Made by a program: the position numbers and the translations under genes
The notes under the pieces: model-generated
What the model saw: only the letters and a program-made list of their open reading frames with translations
The model's database searches: none
What the model was told of the DNA's origin: nothing
In this document: positions 36,058 through 49,215 of the stretch, piece after piece
How positions within the stretch are numbered: the first letter of the stretch is position 1
How the letters are laid out: each line of letters begins with the position of its first letter
Assembly: GCA_030390025.1 (NCBI GenBank)
Contig: CM059445.1
Coordinates: 55,924,001-55,988,000 of the forward strand
Direction: 5' to 3'
From: Squalus acanthias
Lineage: Eukaryota
Length of the DNA stretch: 64,000 nt

Positions 36058-37173
36058 TAATATCTACTCCCAAGATTCTACGCTATGGCTAAGTTGATCG
36101 TCCTGATAACCCAGAATTAGTGAGGCTACTTCAGAAAATCCAATGCCTGTAGCTCACCAGCTCAGTTTCCCTCTTGTAATGTAGGCATAGTTACACACAA
36201 ACTAAGGATGGATTTTCCTATATTAAGGAACATGTGGTACTCAGTCTCTAACGAGAGTAGTTACCCATCCTCCTTAACGTGTTAAATACATGAGTGTGCT
36301 TACATCATGGGCCCTGAATAAGTGAGGACCAACCTGCAACATTCCCTTGTAAACTCCCAAGTTTGTGATATCTTATGTATGGATATATGTGGGGTTTTTT
36401 TTTAAGTTCTCTATCAATCGCCTATTGGGCCAATCATAAATCTTAACCAGCATGTCGAGGATTAGAAGTTTGACCCACCATCAAAGCCACTTGGGTGAAC
36501 CACACTGGACCTCTGCAGGATCAGGGAATTCAGCTTATGATCTTCCAGCGGAAGTGCTCATGTGAAAGGGGGAGTCGTCATTTTTCAGTAAAATCGAATG
36601 GGTCGATTTAGGATTTGAAATATCTCAACACTGGGATTTTAAGGGAACCCATTAACTGAATATAAAATGTAGTTAGATTGCCCATTTACAGTTGGGGATT
36701 TATAATGCTAATGACCATTATAAATGAGGAGGCTGAAATTCCAGTGTTGAGGGTATAATAGTGAATAATAATCACAGGACATGTAATCTCAGTAAGGAAA
36801 TAATGAACATGCAGAGCAATGAGGATGTGTAATGTATATGAAGAGGTTGATATTCAGCTTTTTGTTTGCTAGTTTTGGCTGCCATAGCATCACTGATATA
36901 GTCAAGAGAAATAGTAGGCAGCCAGTATGAAAGAGTGAAGCTTTTAATTTTCTCTCTTTTAAGTGGTACCTAGAAGTAATTGTGATCCCCAATTAACCAG
37001 TTTTATGCGTGTATTGTACCTGCTTTAATTGGGAATTAAACTATTTTTGCAGCGTTACAAGACTTAGTTTTGTTGGGGAGAGAGGGTGGAATCAAGACCG
37101 TATCAGATGCATGCTGGACCTGCCTAATAAATTCCTGTGTAAATGTCCGTGTCTCTTTTTTTGTTCCTTTCAG

Positions 37174-37320
37174 GAATCCTGTATTATGCCTACATGGGAA
37201 TGCTGGCCGTGTTCTGCACAAATGCCATCAATATTCTGGCTGGCATCAATGGCATTGAGGCTGGGCAGTCTCTGGTGATTGCCATGTCCATCATCGTTTT
37301 CAATTTAATAGAGTTAAATG
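37174..37320 (+). CDS. DPAGT1: DPAGT1 coding exon 4
   Basis: [48 protein letters not shown]; AG/GT boundaries. Confidence 0.97.
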
Positions 37321-39364
37321 GTAAGTTTTTTTTATTCATTCGCGGGATGCGGGCGTCGCTGGCAAGGCCTTTATTTCCCATTCCCAATTTCCCTTGAGAA
37401 GGTGGTGGTGAGCCGCCTTATACAACTGAGTGGCTTGCCAGGTCATTTCAGAGGGCAGTTAAGAGTCAACCACATTGCTGTGGGTCTGGAGTCACATGTA
37501 GGCCAGACCAGGACGGCAGATTTCCTTCCCTAAAGGAGATGAGTTTTTATGACAAACCATTAGTTTTTTTATTCCAGATTTATTTAATTGGTTGAATTTA
37601 AATTCCCCAGCTGCCATGGTGAGATTTGAACTCGAATCTCCAGATCATTAGTGCAGGCCTCTGGATTACTAGTCCAGTTACATAACCACTATGCTACCGT
37701 GCCCCGATAAGACCCAACCATGGTGTTTAGATCTTGCAGCTCGCACTCCTTAAGATTGAAAGCTTTCATTTTATCGCATTTGTGTTGCTTTACCTGCTCT
37801 CAGTGGATTGTTCTGATGATGTCATGACCCTCGGCCCCTATACTCATTGGTTCAGCTTATGACATCATCCAGTGGAAATGCTCATGTGAAAGAGGGGGGA
37901 CCGTCATTTTCCAGTAAAATTGGGGGTATCGATTTAGGATTTAAAATATCTTAACAGAGGGATTTTAAGGGAACCCGTTAACTGAATATTGGAGATTCAT
38001 GGGGAAAAGGTTAATTTATTTTACGAAGGACTTCTTCCCATGCCATACGCCACCTGTGCTGGTGCCAGTCAGTCAGTCAGTAAGCAACTCCCAGATCGCT
38101 GCCAATGCTGCTTTTCAGCTGTCCACTAATTGGCACAACAGAGACTCTCCCTTCAGTTTGTCTCCACTCCCTGCGGAGGATACCAGCCTGCATTTGGCAC
38201 CCTCCTGCTGAGAATAGCGGGGTTGAGGGGGGTGAAGCCTGGATCGATTCTTCAATCTTATCATCAAGACGATGCTCGCCCCCTCTTATCATGCGAGCAA
38301 TTCCTCTAAATGATGTCGGATGCTAAACAAATGAGGTGTGTCCAGGATATCATGAACCTCAGAGTTCCACGCATTAATGGTCCATGTCACCTAATGTTGG
38401 TCCTTTATATTATTCTAATAGGTTAAATACATAATGTATTCCTAAGGCTATTTTTGTTTTGATTTGTTTTCTAACTTTTATTTCTCTGAAATAATGGCTG
38501 AAAAGTACTTTAGGTGCAAAGTTTAAAAAGTAGTTTCTGCTCCTTGTAACCTGATTTGATGTAGTGGTGTAGTGGGTTACGAATCTAGCGAAGACTGTAG
38601 GGATGAAATAAAATGAGTTTAGGCATTCTCAAGTCAGTTCCTGGTGGGCACGGGCATACAGTGCGAAACTGACCATAATTGGACACTAAATTGGTACATC
38701 GCTTAGAGACGTTATAAGGAAGGTGGGTGCGCACTGCGTCCTCTTCAGAATGCAGGACATTGCTCTCCTGCTGTACCTGACCTGAAGATCTTTGATGTTG
38801 ACAGTAGGAGACAAAAGTGGGAAAAGTGTTGCATTCCCCAGCACTGACATCCTTCACGCTCAGCCCAATTTATGCACAGCCAGCTCCCACTAGGAGCAAC
38901 GTGACAATGACCAGATAATTTTTTTTTTAAAGTGATGTTTGTTGATATTGGCCAGGCCACCCATGGCCAAATGTCCTGTCAACAATTACTGTATGGGCTC
39001 GTGTCTGGAGATTATCCATGTGGGTGAGCTAATGGAGGCTATCTGGCACCCATGAAAGCGCACCCCAACACGAGTTGGTAGAACAGGCCCGAGGGGCTGA
39101 ATGGCCTACTCCTGTTCCTATGAGTTTGTACTCTCAGCAGGGGGAGACTAGGAATGTTTTTTTTTGAAAACGTGGTGAGTAGAGATTTTTTTTAACGAGT
39201 GGCAGAAAACCGGCACCTTTTAACTGGGAATTGGTGTAGAACATAAGGAAGGAAAATAAACTTAAAGGGAAGGAATAAAGCAAAAGAATACAACTGTTCT
39301 TGGAGATGGTACCCTCTTGCGTTTGTGGTAAATATTAACCAGTCTGTTTGTTTTCCTCTTTTAG

Positions 39365-39449
39365 GTGACTACAAGGATGACCACATATTCTCCTTATACT
39401 TCATGATACCCTTTTTCTTCACCACTTTAGGACTGCTGTACCATAACTG
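39365..39449 (+). CDS. DPAGT1: DPAGT1 coding exon 5
   Basis: DYKDDHIFSLYFMIPFFFTTLGLLYHNW; AG/GT boundaries. Confidence 0.97.
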
Positions 39450-39713
39450 GTACGATAACTTTTTAAATTTCTGCTGTTTCTACCTCAGGCAGTCAACGCC
39501 AGGTACAGGTGCACTGATCCATGCAGGTATCAGCTTACCTGGAGTCCGCTGCACTGAGGTTTGCATTGTAATTTTCTTTTTCCTGTGCATTACTTAGAGT
39601 AGAGAGAGGACACATTCTATCATTGAAATATACAGCAAACAGACACCGTTCCAAAGGGAACTTGAAGGAGCAGGAGGGGGGGGGGGGGGAAACATTTGCA
39701 AACAAAATGTGCG

Positions 39714-39876
39714 GAGAGAGAAACCGAGTTAACGTTTCAGATCGATGACCTTTCGTCAGAAGTTCTGAAACGTTAACTCCGTTTCTCTCTCCACAGACGC
39801 TGCCTGACCTGCTGAGTATTTCCAGCATTTTCTGTTTATATTTCAGATTTCCAGCATCCGCAGCACTTTGCTTTCG
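39714..39876. mobile_element. Penelope-like family B end with inverted 5' piece
   Basis: head-to-head partial copies; 18-bp TSD TTGCAAACAAAATGTGCG. Confidence 0.78.
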
Positions 39877-40433
39877 TTGCAAACAAAATGTGCGAGCTGG
39901 TGACCAACAGAGCAATAGGATGGGGGTTGATTCTTGCAGTTCCTTATACATCGAATTGCTGGCACCAAATTACATTGAATTTACAGCACAGAAACAGGCC
40001 ATTCGGCCCAATTGGTCTGTGCCGGTGTTTACACTCCACACGAGCCTCCTCCAACCCTATTTCATCTCACCCTATCAGCCTAACCTTCTATTCCTTTCTC
40101 CCTCGTGCACTTCTCTAGCTTCACCTTAAAGGCATCTATGCTACTTGCCTCAACTACTCCATGTGGTAGCAAGTTCCTCATTCTCACCACTCGCTGGCTA
40201 AAGAGAAGTTTCTCCTGAATTCATTCTTGGATTTATTAGTGACTATCTTATATTTATGGCTCCTTGTTCTGGACTCCCCACAAATCTGACAGTGAAACAA
40301 TTCACTCGTTCTCACATATCGGTATCTTTTATTACATGAAGCTAGCAAAGGGGGGGGGGGAATCTACTGTGGCCAACACCTAAAATTCCATTAGAATGTA
40401 TATCTCTTGTGCAACAAGGAATGCATTATGTAG

Positions 40434-40632
40434 CCATGATGTGGAGATGCCGGTGTTGGACTGGGGTGGACAAATGTGAGAAGTCGCACAACACCAGGTT
40501 ATAGTCCAACAGCTTTATTTGAAATCACAAGCTTTCGGAGTCACCTGACGAAGGAGCAGCGCTCCGAAAGCTTGTGATTTCAAAAAAAGCTGTTGGACTA
40601 TAACCTGGTGTTGTGCGACTTCTCACTTTTGT
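40434..40632. mobile_element. Palindromic Penelope-like pseudo-LTR insertion (family A), copy 3
   Basis: inverted arms joined at 40540/40541; TSD ATTATGTAG. Confidence 0.8.
40541..40577 (+). ncRNA. Minimal hammerhead ribozyme motif (family A), sense in DPAGT1 intron
   Basis: tcacCTGACGAaggagcagcgctccGAAAGCTTgtga intact. Confidence 0.72.
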
Positions 40633-40979
40633 ATTATGTAGAGCAGTGGTTTTCAAGCTTTTTTGTGTGAGGATATTCTTGCAAGTATTGTTGCAATCCT
40701 GGGGAGCCCCCAATTTAACTTCATAAAAAGTGTCGGCTTCCCAAAGGACAGCCATGCTATCTTTGCATAAAACATCCTTTATCAGCATTATGTTACTATA
40801 TTTTACATCAAAGGAAACTTGATTATGAGGTCACTGCATGCACACAGCGGCAGAAAGTAGGCGTAGGCAGTCGAATTCCTTACTCCACTGTGGTTTATTC
40901 TTTCTGCTGAAAGTTTGGGGCTGTGCCACAGTTTGTTGGGGAAAAGCCATTTTGACCTGTACTCTTTCATGTGCTGCAG

Positions 40980-41168
40980 GTATCCGTCTAGCGCCTTTGT
41001 GGGCGACACATTCTGTTACTTTGCGGGAATGACTTTCGCCGTGGTCGGGATCCTTGGCCACTTCAGTAAGACCATGATGCTGTTCTTCATCCCTCAGACG
41101 CTGAACTTCCTTTACTCGGTGCCTCAGCTCTTCCATATCGTTCCGTGCCCACGCCACCGAATACCGAG
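40980..41168 (+). CDS. DPAGT1: DPAGT1 coding exon 6
   Basis: [31 protein letters not shown]...PCPRHRIPR (FVGD and PRHR motifs). Confidence 0.97.
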
Positions 41169-41584
41169 GTACGACCAATCTACCACGTGCTTTTTTAATC
41201 GGGGCGAGACTCTCAGCTTCCAGGCCAATGTGCTATCTCTGATGGAGGGAGCAAATGGGCAACCTGCTCCCAGACCTTGTCAGTCAGCTGCTAAAAGGAA
41301 AGTAAATTGAGCCCAGTGGGGCGATACTTTATGAACGAGAACTAAACATGTGCAAGAGCATTGTCAGTGTCTGATGTTAATCTTAAAATATTGAAACCTG
41401 GTGGGGAGGGATGTTGAAGGGCTTCCTGTCCATTTAACCCTGAAACTGTCTTGGATGCTGTGTATGAAAATGTCTACAAGTAGTCCTTATAGCGCACATT
41501 TAGTATAAGTAATTTCTGCCAGAAAACCGTGCATAAGTAGTAATCGTGTTTGTTTTTTTTTTCCTTCTCTGTTTCCACACCCAG

Positions 41585-41672
41585 ACTAGATCCTAGTACT
41601 GGAAAGCTGGGCATGAGTTACTCAAAGTTCAAAACCAAGGATTTGCCTAAACTTGGAGACTTAATATTAAAG
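41585..41672 (+). CDS. DPAGT1: DPAGT1 coding exon 7
   Basis: LDPSTGKLGMSYSKFKTKDLPKLGDLILK; AG/GT boundaries. Confidence 0.95.
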
Positions 41673-41877
41673 GTACTTGTTTTATTTGAAACTAGTGAGC
41701 TTCCTGTGGCCTGGGACAGAACGGAATGTCTTTTACCTGAGTTTGTTATTATGGTCCGAGCAAGGTTGCAGCACCCCCTCTGGAGCAAGTAAATTAACAG
41801 GCGTTCATGTCATACTGTTTTTTTGAGAGAGTGCAACACCAGCCCTGGAGGAAATATAACAGGCGTTACCCATTGAT

Positions 41878-42347
41878 TTAAGAACATAAGAACATACGAA
41901 TTAGGAGCAGGAGTAGGCCATATGGCCCTTCGAGCCTGCTCCGCCATTCAATAAGATCATGGCTGATCTTCGACCTCGACTCCACTTTCCCGCCCGATCC
42001 ACATATCCCTTGATTCCTCTGGAGTACAAAAATCTATCGATCTCAGCCTTGAATATATTCAACGACTCCGCATCCACAGCCCCCCGGGGTAGAGAATTCC
42101 AAAGATTCACAACCCTCTGAGTGAAGAAATTTCTCCACATTTCATCCTATATGGCCGACCCCTTATCCTGAGACTATGACCTATAGTTCTAGACTCTCCA
42201 GCCTCTCAGCATCTACCCTGTAAAGCCCTCTCAGAATCTTACACGTTTCAATGAGATCACCTCTCATTCTTCTAAACTCCAGAGAGTATAGGCCCATTCT
42301 ACTCAATCTCTCCTCATAGGACAGCCCTCTCATCCCAGGAATCAATT
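41878..42347 (-). mobile_element. CR1 LINE 3' fragment
   Basis: RNFFTQRVVNLWNSLP on minus strand. Confidence 0.88.
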
Positions 42348-43851
42348 TCAGTGTACTGGGGTGGGCAGCGTTACCAACGCAAAAGATTTCAATATATTGT
42401 AGATGTTTCTATCCTTGTGCACACACATTCTCCATTTTTCGAGTTCTCTGCTGCAGACTGCACAGCCATATTGTCAGCAGGAGGTGTGCTTTTTGCATGG
42501 GGAGGGAGGAACTGGTTCTCGGCTTAAAACCGAGCCAGGAGTGCTTTGGATACACAACTCTCTGCTGCTGGGTTGCCTTGCATCCAATTTTCGATTGCAC
42601 ACCTGACTTAGTTCCTTTGCAAGTTTTTGCTTTAGAACAAAATGAGTTTCCTTATAACACATTCAGGCACAGATGCAGTGAAATCAAGCCCATGGTCGCT
42701 TCTGGTCAAATCATGTCAGTCAAATGTAGGAGTTGTCACACCTGCCTGAGATCTGCATTCAACAAATAAAAAGAAGTACAACAGCCTTCCACAAACTCCA
42801 CCTTTACACAGTCAACAATAACAGGGTGGAGCGTTTGTTAGGTGTCTGAAGTGCAGTGACTGTCATTGTAAGTGAAGTGTTTGAGATGTGATGAGGCGCT
42901 TTATAAATATAATGGAGTCATAGAGTTATACAGCACAGAAAGAGGCCCTTCTGCCCATCGTGTCCGCGCCAGCCATCAAGCCCTGTCTATTCTAATCCCA
43001 TTTTCCAGCACTTGGTCCGTAGCCTTGTATGCTATGGCGTTTCAAGTGCTCATCTAAATGCTTCTTGAATGTTGTGAGGGTTCCTGCCTCTACCACCCTT
43101 TCAGGCAGTGAGTTCCTTTCTTTCTTTTCTGGTTAAATCTAAACTAACTGTTCATTTTCCCTCTTCTGAGTTGGAGTCCTCTGGATACAGTTTTTGTAGT
43201 TAGGTGAAATAATTTATTGAAGTTAATTTTATCTGTACTATCTCTATCTACCAACTGTCATGAGGTTTCTCTTTGTAGAAGATGCTTTTGTCCTATAATT
43301 CAGACCTAGAGCTGTAAATCTCTTTTCTTCTGATTTCACTTTGTTTAATTCAACAACAAAAAATCCAATTCACAAATACTGACCTGTGACAGGGCTGTTC
43401 GCACTAAAGTGATTTTGTTGTAAATTATCAGTGTTTAAAATAAGAAGCAAATGAAGAAATAAAAATCTGCTCTGAAAATGAGTGCAAGTTTAGAGAGTGG
43501 CCAAATCGACACAAGGCACCTTTCTCAATGGGAGCACAAGTCAATCTGACCTGTTCTGCCCCTCTGACAAGCCAATCACAGAGACCAGGTCATCAGCCCA
43601 AGGTGATGTGGAGGGAAATATTATTTTTTGTTCTGGGATGTGAGCATCGCTGGCAAGGCCAGCATTTTTTTGGCCATCCCTAATTGCCCTCGAGAAGGTG
43701 GTGGTGAGCCACCTTCTTGAACCGTTGCTGTCCGTGAGGTGAAGGTGCTCCCACAGTACTGTTAGGTAGGGAGTTCCAGGATTTTGAAATAAGTTGGGAA
43801 AGAATGAAAGCTGTTGACTTTGGGAATGAAAGCTAACGCTGTTTCTTGTAG

Positions 43852-44007
43852 GTGGCTGACAAATTGTGGCTGGTGAAGGTGAACCGAGGAATTGGAGAAG
43901 GCAACGAATACACAGAGTGCAACAACCTCACTCTGATTAACTTTGTAATAAAGCTGATAGGCCCAACACATGAGAGAACCCTGACCATTATACTTCTGCT
44001 GATCCAG
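43852..44007 (+). CDS. DPAGT1: DPAGT1 coding exon 8
   Basis: VADKLWLVKVNRGIGEGNEYTECNNLTLINFVIKLIGPTHERTLTIILLLIQ. Confidence 0.96.
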
Positions 44008-45382
44008 GTGAGACCTGATTTTTTAAATTTGTTCCTGGGATGTGGGCGTCGCTGGCAAGGCCAGCATTTATTGCCCATCCCTAATTGCCCTTGAGAAGCT
44101 GGTGGTGAGCCTGCCACCTTGAATCGCTGCAGTCCGTGTGGTGAAGATACTCCCATAATGCTGTTAGATAGGGGGTTCCAGGATTTTGACCCAGCGACAA
44201 TGAAGGAACGGCACTATATTTCCAAGCCAGGGTGGTGTGTGACTTGGAGGGGAACTTGGAGGTGGTGGTGTTCCCGTGTGCCTGCTGCCCTTGTCCTTCT
44301 AGGTGGTGGAGGTCGCGGGTTTTGGAGGTGCTGTCGAAGAAGACATGGCGAGTTGCTGCAGTGCATCTTGTAGATGGTACACACTGCAGCCATGGTGTGC
44401 CGGTGGTGGAGGGAGTGAATGTTTAAGGTGGTGGATGGGCTGCAGGCAGCAAAACCTTTACACCCAGTTACACCTGGACACTCAATAAACTCACTGAAAG
44501 AGCAGATGAAAGATATTGTAATGCATCGATTGTTCCCGTGTATACTAAGTTGCTTTAGACTGCAGTAGATGGCTCTTATAATTTCACTGTATTTCCTTCC
44601 GAGTTAAATTATTTTTAAATAGCTAGAGGTAGCCGTGTCTGCTTCAAAAAATGTAGATCTTGTGACCTGAGATCTCTAACAAAAGCCCAATGCTTCCTAT
44701 TCACCATGGCCACTGTAAGTGGAGCAGGGTTTCCATTCGAGTAACTGGCTTTAGAACAGGAGGATGGAAATCAACCTGTTGCAGAATCAGTAATGCTTGG
44801 TGATGCTGTCCCAATGAGCCGCTGTGCATGTGGTGAGAGTGCTGGTAGGTAAAGTCCTTTAATGTTTTTGCCTCCAGTGTCAAGATCGGGTCTAGCATAC
44901 TGAGCAGATCTTCCTGTACTCCTCTTCCTCGGTGTAGCTTAGCCCCAACCTCAAGAGCCTCCTCTCCACCAGTGTGGATTGTTCCGTTCCTCGTACCAGC
45001 TTAATCTTGTGGTGTTTTCGAACAGGTTTCCCGTGGACAGTAATGTTCCATTGAACCATGCCCCTATGATCTTACCAAAAACTATTCCAAATTGGATTTT
45101 ATGTAGCATGTTTGCAGTCACTGGAGAGAAGACATTTGTGTCCTGACTTGGGACTGAATCCAGCTGTCAGGAAGTAGAAGGAGAGCATGCTTAACCTACT
45201 GTACCACTTAGTCACAATTTGACTGAGTGTTAATGTAAAATTAGATGGATTTTGTATTTGATCAAATCTACAAGGAATTAGACAGTATAAATTAAGAGAT
45301 CATGGAGGACAGAAATTAAATCAATCTGACTTTTGTTTCTTGTTTTTAACCTCCTATTTGTCTTCCTTTCCCCCCATCCCAG

Positions 45383-45448
45383 GTCACCGGAAGTATGTTT
45401 GCTTTCATGGTCCGCTATCACCTGGTCCGCTGGTTTTACGATGTCTGA
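45383..45448 (+). CDS. DPAGT1: DPAGT1 last coding exon
   Basis: VTGSMFAFMVRYHLVRWFYDV then TGA; the nine exons sum to 1221 nt = 406 aa + stop. Confidence 0.95.
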   Translation, partial: VTGSMFAFMVRYHLVRWFYDV

Positions 45449-46724
45449 TTCTCATTCGCAAATACTTGAGGCACAGTATGGGTTATTCCTGTGGTGGGGG
45501 TGGTATTTTTCTCTTATCCCCCCCACCCCCTCTAGCTCACAGGACACTGGATTGTCGATCGCTGCCCTGGATGGATGTGCTTTTTGTCTTTTTTTAAAAA
45601 AACATCTGTTGTTTCTGCACTTCATTGTTAAATAATGTTACTGAAGATTAAGTTTGTAGATTTTTGGCTTAATTTGAAATTCCAGGAATCAAATGATGGA
45701 ATAGGGAATGTACAGTCAAACTTCTATTTTTACTTTTTAAGGGATCGCTTGAAGTAATAAGGTGACTGCGTATTTCCTCCAGTTTGGGTGGAGACAATTT
45801 AAATTCTGTGTAAATTTTCCTTGAACCATGTACTTCATTGTATTGCACACATCATTGCTGTATATCCCTCTAGAACTTGGTGCAATATTTAAGGACATTT
45901 GTCTGTTTTCCAGTATGTAGAAACCTTTGAATACCTTAAGTCAGAGAACCGTATCTTCATTTCAAGACTATTTGCCACCTTCAAATGTCTTTAGTTCTAG
46001 AGATTCTGAACTCTAATATGCAGTGAGACAGCGTGAAATCACTCACGCTCCTGTATCATTCCAGTTCCCTATTGTGTAGACATGGAAGCTTGGCATTTTC
46101 ATCTCATTTCATCCATAAAATATCCTTTCCAATTCTGCGTTAACCTGTTCGGATTTAAATAACAAATGACGTCTGTAATTGTTCATGTACTGGATCTTCA
46201 GTGGAACAAAGACTTTGAGAGCTTATCAGGGCAGTCATCACTCTGTCTTGGAGGCAGGCAGTAGACTGGCAGTAAGTGAATAGAAAGCCTGTTGATGTAG
46301 CTGAGCCTCCTCCCAAAGATCCTGCAGTTTGAAACTTTGAATAAGGTGTAATATTGTGATCGAATGTTAAAATGACTTGCTTACCAATAACTCTACATGT
46401 AATATCAAAGGGCAAGCATGCCGACTTGTGCAATAAGGAGCATGCATTTTAAAACTGTAAATAAAGTGTAGAATCAAACTGTGTTTGGGGTAGGGGGGGT
46501 GGGGAAGCTGACAGTGCGATCTGGTTAGATCACATGTTCCCCAGTGGCCATTAAAAGTGTAACTGCAGTCAAAGGGTACCAATGGCCAAGCAGCTCCTAC
46601 ACAGTGGTTTGTACATTTAAAAGTAAAAGATGTGGCTTTCCCACCAACCCCTTGCTGTTAGCAAGCAGTACCCTGGCAGTCTGTTGCCAAGGTTAAAAAT
46701 CCAAAGAAATGACTTACAACTTAA

Positions 46725-46910
46725 ACAAAAATACTGCAGATGCTGGAAATCTGAAATAACAACAGAAAATGAAGGATTCTCTCGGCATCTGTGGAGAGAG
46801 AAACAGAGTTAACATTTCAGGTCGGTGATTGACGTGAACCGTTAACTCTCTCTCTCTCGCTACAGATGCTGCCTGACCTGCTGAGCATTAACAGCATTTT
46901 CTGTTTTTAT
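46725..46910. mobile_element. Decayed inverted Penelope-like family B ends
   Basis: catctgtggagagagaaacagagttaac followed by its reverse complement. Confidence 0.65.
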
Positions 46911-47715
46911 TGCTGTCATTTAAGTTGATTTTTTTTTTTTAAGAGAGTGCTGTAGATGGAGACTGGGAGTGCATACAAGAGCAAACCACAGTGCATGAAA
47001 CCCTAAGAAATTCAGCTGTGAAATACTACTGGCATGCTTCAAAAGATGTAATTTATTTCTAACACTTTGGAATTCAAATCAAGACTCAAGCAACTGATTG
47101 ACACGATGTAATATTTTTGTGCATTTTCAATCTTGGTAGCATTTTACTTTCCTCAGTTACACACCAATAACTTAACTTGCCAGCATTTATTTAATCTAAT
47201 ATTGGATGAGAAGCAGAAATCCCGTTGTCTGGATATTTTGAGTCGAAGAGGGAGACTCCGCTGCGAAGATGAGCTGTTGCAGGCTATGCATGTGGTCACT
47301 GAAATGAATCTATTGTTCAGAAGTCCTTAGTGTGAAGAGTTCACACTTTGTTAAATTGCTGTTGCCCTGGTGCGACCTCGATTCTATGCTTGGTAACTGG
47401 AAAGATTAATGAATGAATAATTGAATAAAGTGAAGTGCAAGAGCATATTGCTTTTTCATAAAAGAAAATACATTGTGTATATATATGTACAACTGAGACT
47501 GAGAGAGACTCTGGAATTTGACTTGATAATATAAATGAAAACATGGGTTTGAGAATTGTGACCTCCGCATCTAAATAAAATCTTTAAAGAATACAGCTTA
47601 AGTACACTGGCTATATATCACAAGCATGCATAGCAAATTCAAAATGGGACCTTTTTATAGTGCTATATGCAGTGAGACACTAATGAATATTAAGTGTGCT
47701 TTGTCCTGGTTCAAA

Positions 47716-48142
47716 AAGAAAAGAAAGACTTGCATTTATATAGCACCTTTCACGACCACAGGTTATCCCAAAGTGCTTTGCAGCCAATGAAGTACTGTTG
47801 TAATGTAGAAAACACAGTAGCCAATTTGCACAGAGCAAGGTTCCACAAAGAGCAATGTGATAGCCATAATCTGTTTCAGTGATGTTGGTTGAGGGATAAA
47901 TATTGGCTGTTAACCCGGGGGGAACTCCCCTGCTCCTCTTCTAAATAGTGCCATGGGATCTTTTACTTCCACTTGCGAGGGTAGACGGGCCTCGGTTTAA
48001 TATCTCCTCTGGCAGTGCAGCACTCCCTCAGTCCCGCACTAAAGTGTCAGCTTAGATTTTGTGCTCAAGTCTGTGGAAGTGGGGCTTGGGGCTTGAAAAT
48101 TCTGGCTCAGGCAAGAATGCTACCACTGAGCCCCAGCTGACA
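47716..48142 (-). mobile_element. Deu-domain SINE (diverged)
   Basis: similarity to other copies in the window. Confidence 0.78.
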
Positions 48143-48934
48143 ACTGGTGCAATATACCTGGCTTCAAACTTGCCATTCGATTGTGAGCATGTACTTCGGC
48201 AATAATGATGCTGCCCAGGCTCCATTGTCAAAAACTAGTGCAGTGCTCCAAATAACTGGCATAATACTTACTGAGAAAATATAGCAGAATTCTTACACAC
48301 AATGCTTTTTCTTCCCCTGTGGCAAGTGAGTTTGTTGCACTCATTTTCTCCGATGCTATACTTTCCAAGGCAACAAAATCCTAGGATTTTTGTAACTGGA
48401 ACTAGGGAGAGCAATAGGAAACAAGGAATTAAAGTGTGGATGGTATGAAGGATTAAGAAATGTTCATTCACATTTTTAAGCAATTAGACTCGCCATTCCT
48501 ACTTTACAACAGTGACTACACTTTAAAAAGTACTTCATTGGCTGTAAAGTGCTTTGGGATGATCTGAGGTTGTGAAAGGTGCTATATAAATGCAAGTCTT
48601 TTATTAGATTTTAAATGATCTGCCAATTCATAGTGGAAATGCAGTATTAAAAAATGTTACCAGAACTTCCCCAATGGCCTAGTATAGAATGGACCCATCT
48701 CATTGCTGTTTCTGGGAGCTTTCTGTGTGCAAATTGGCTGCCATGTTTCCTACATTAACAACAGTGCCTACACTTCAAAAGTACTTAATTAGCTGTGAAG
48801 TGCTTTGGGACATCCTGAAAGTTGCTATATAAATGCAAGCTCTTTCTTTGACCCATACAGACCAGTAAGGTGTGAGGTTCAATACCCAATCTGTACTGAG
48901 CTTTTCTCTGCTGGAGCAGCTGTAGGAGCTTGTC

Positions 48935-49215
48935 ATGGTCAGTGGTGGTTGCAGGAGTTGTTGTAAAGGCCAATGGCTACTGACATTGATGGCCATGTGT
49001 TTGTCACACGTCCATTTTTCAATTTTAGCCACCTTTTCAGCAAGGTTTTTTTCCCTGCTATTGACACTGGCTTCAAAGAGCGTGGTGCCACACTTTGTGG
49101 CAGAATTCCAGACTCTACAATCTTTGGCTAAAATTTCCCAGGTTTCTGAATGAATGCCACATTCTTTCAAGTCTTTGCTTCAGGTTATCCTCAACATTTC
49201 TTCTGGCCGTTTACT
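48935..49215 (-). mobile_element. Old RTE-like LINE 3' remnant
   Basis: KECGIHSETWEILAKDCRVWNSATKCG resembles the RTE ORF C-terminus. Confidence 0.5.
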
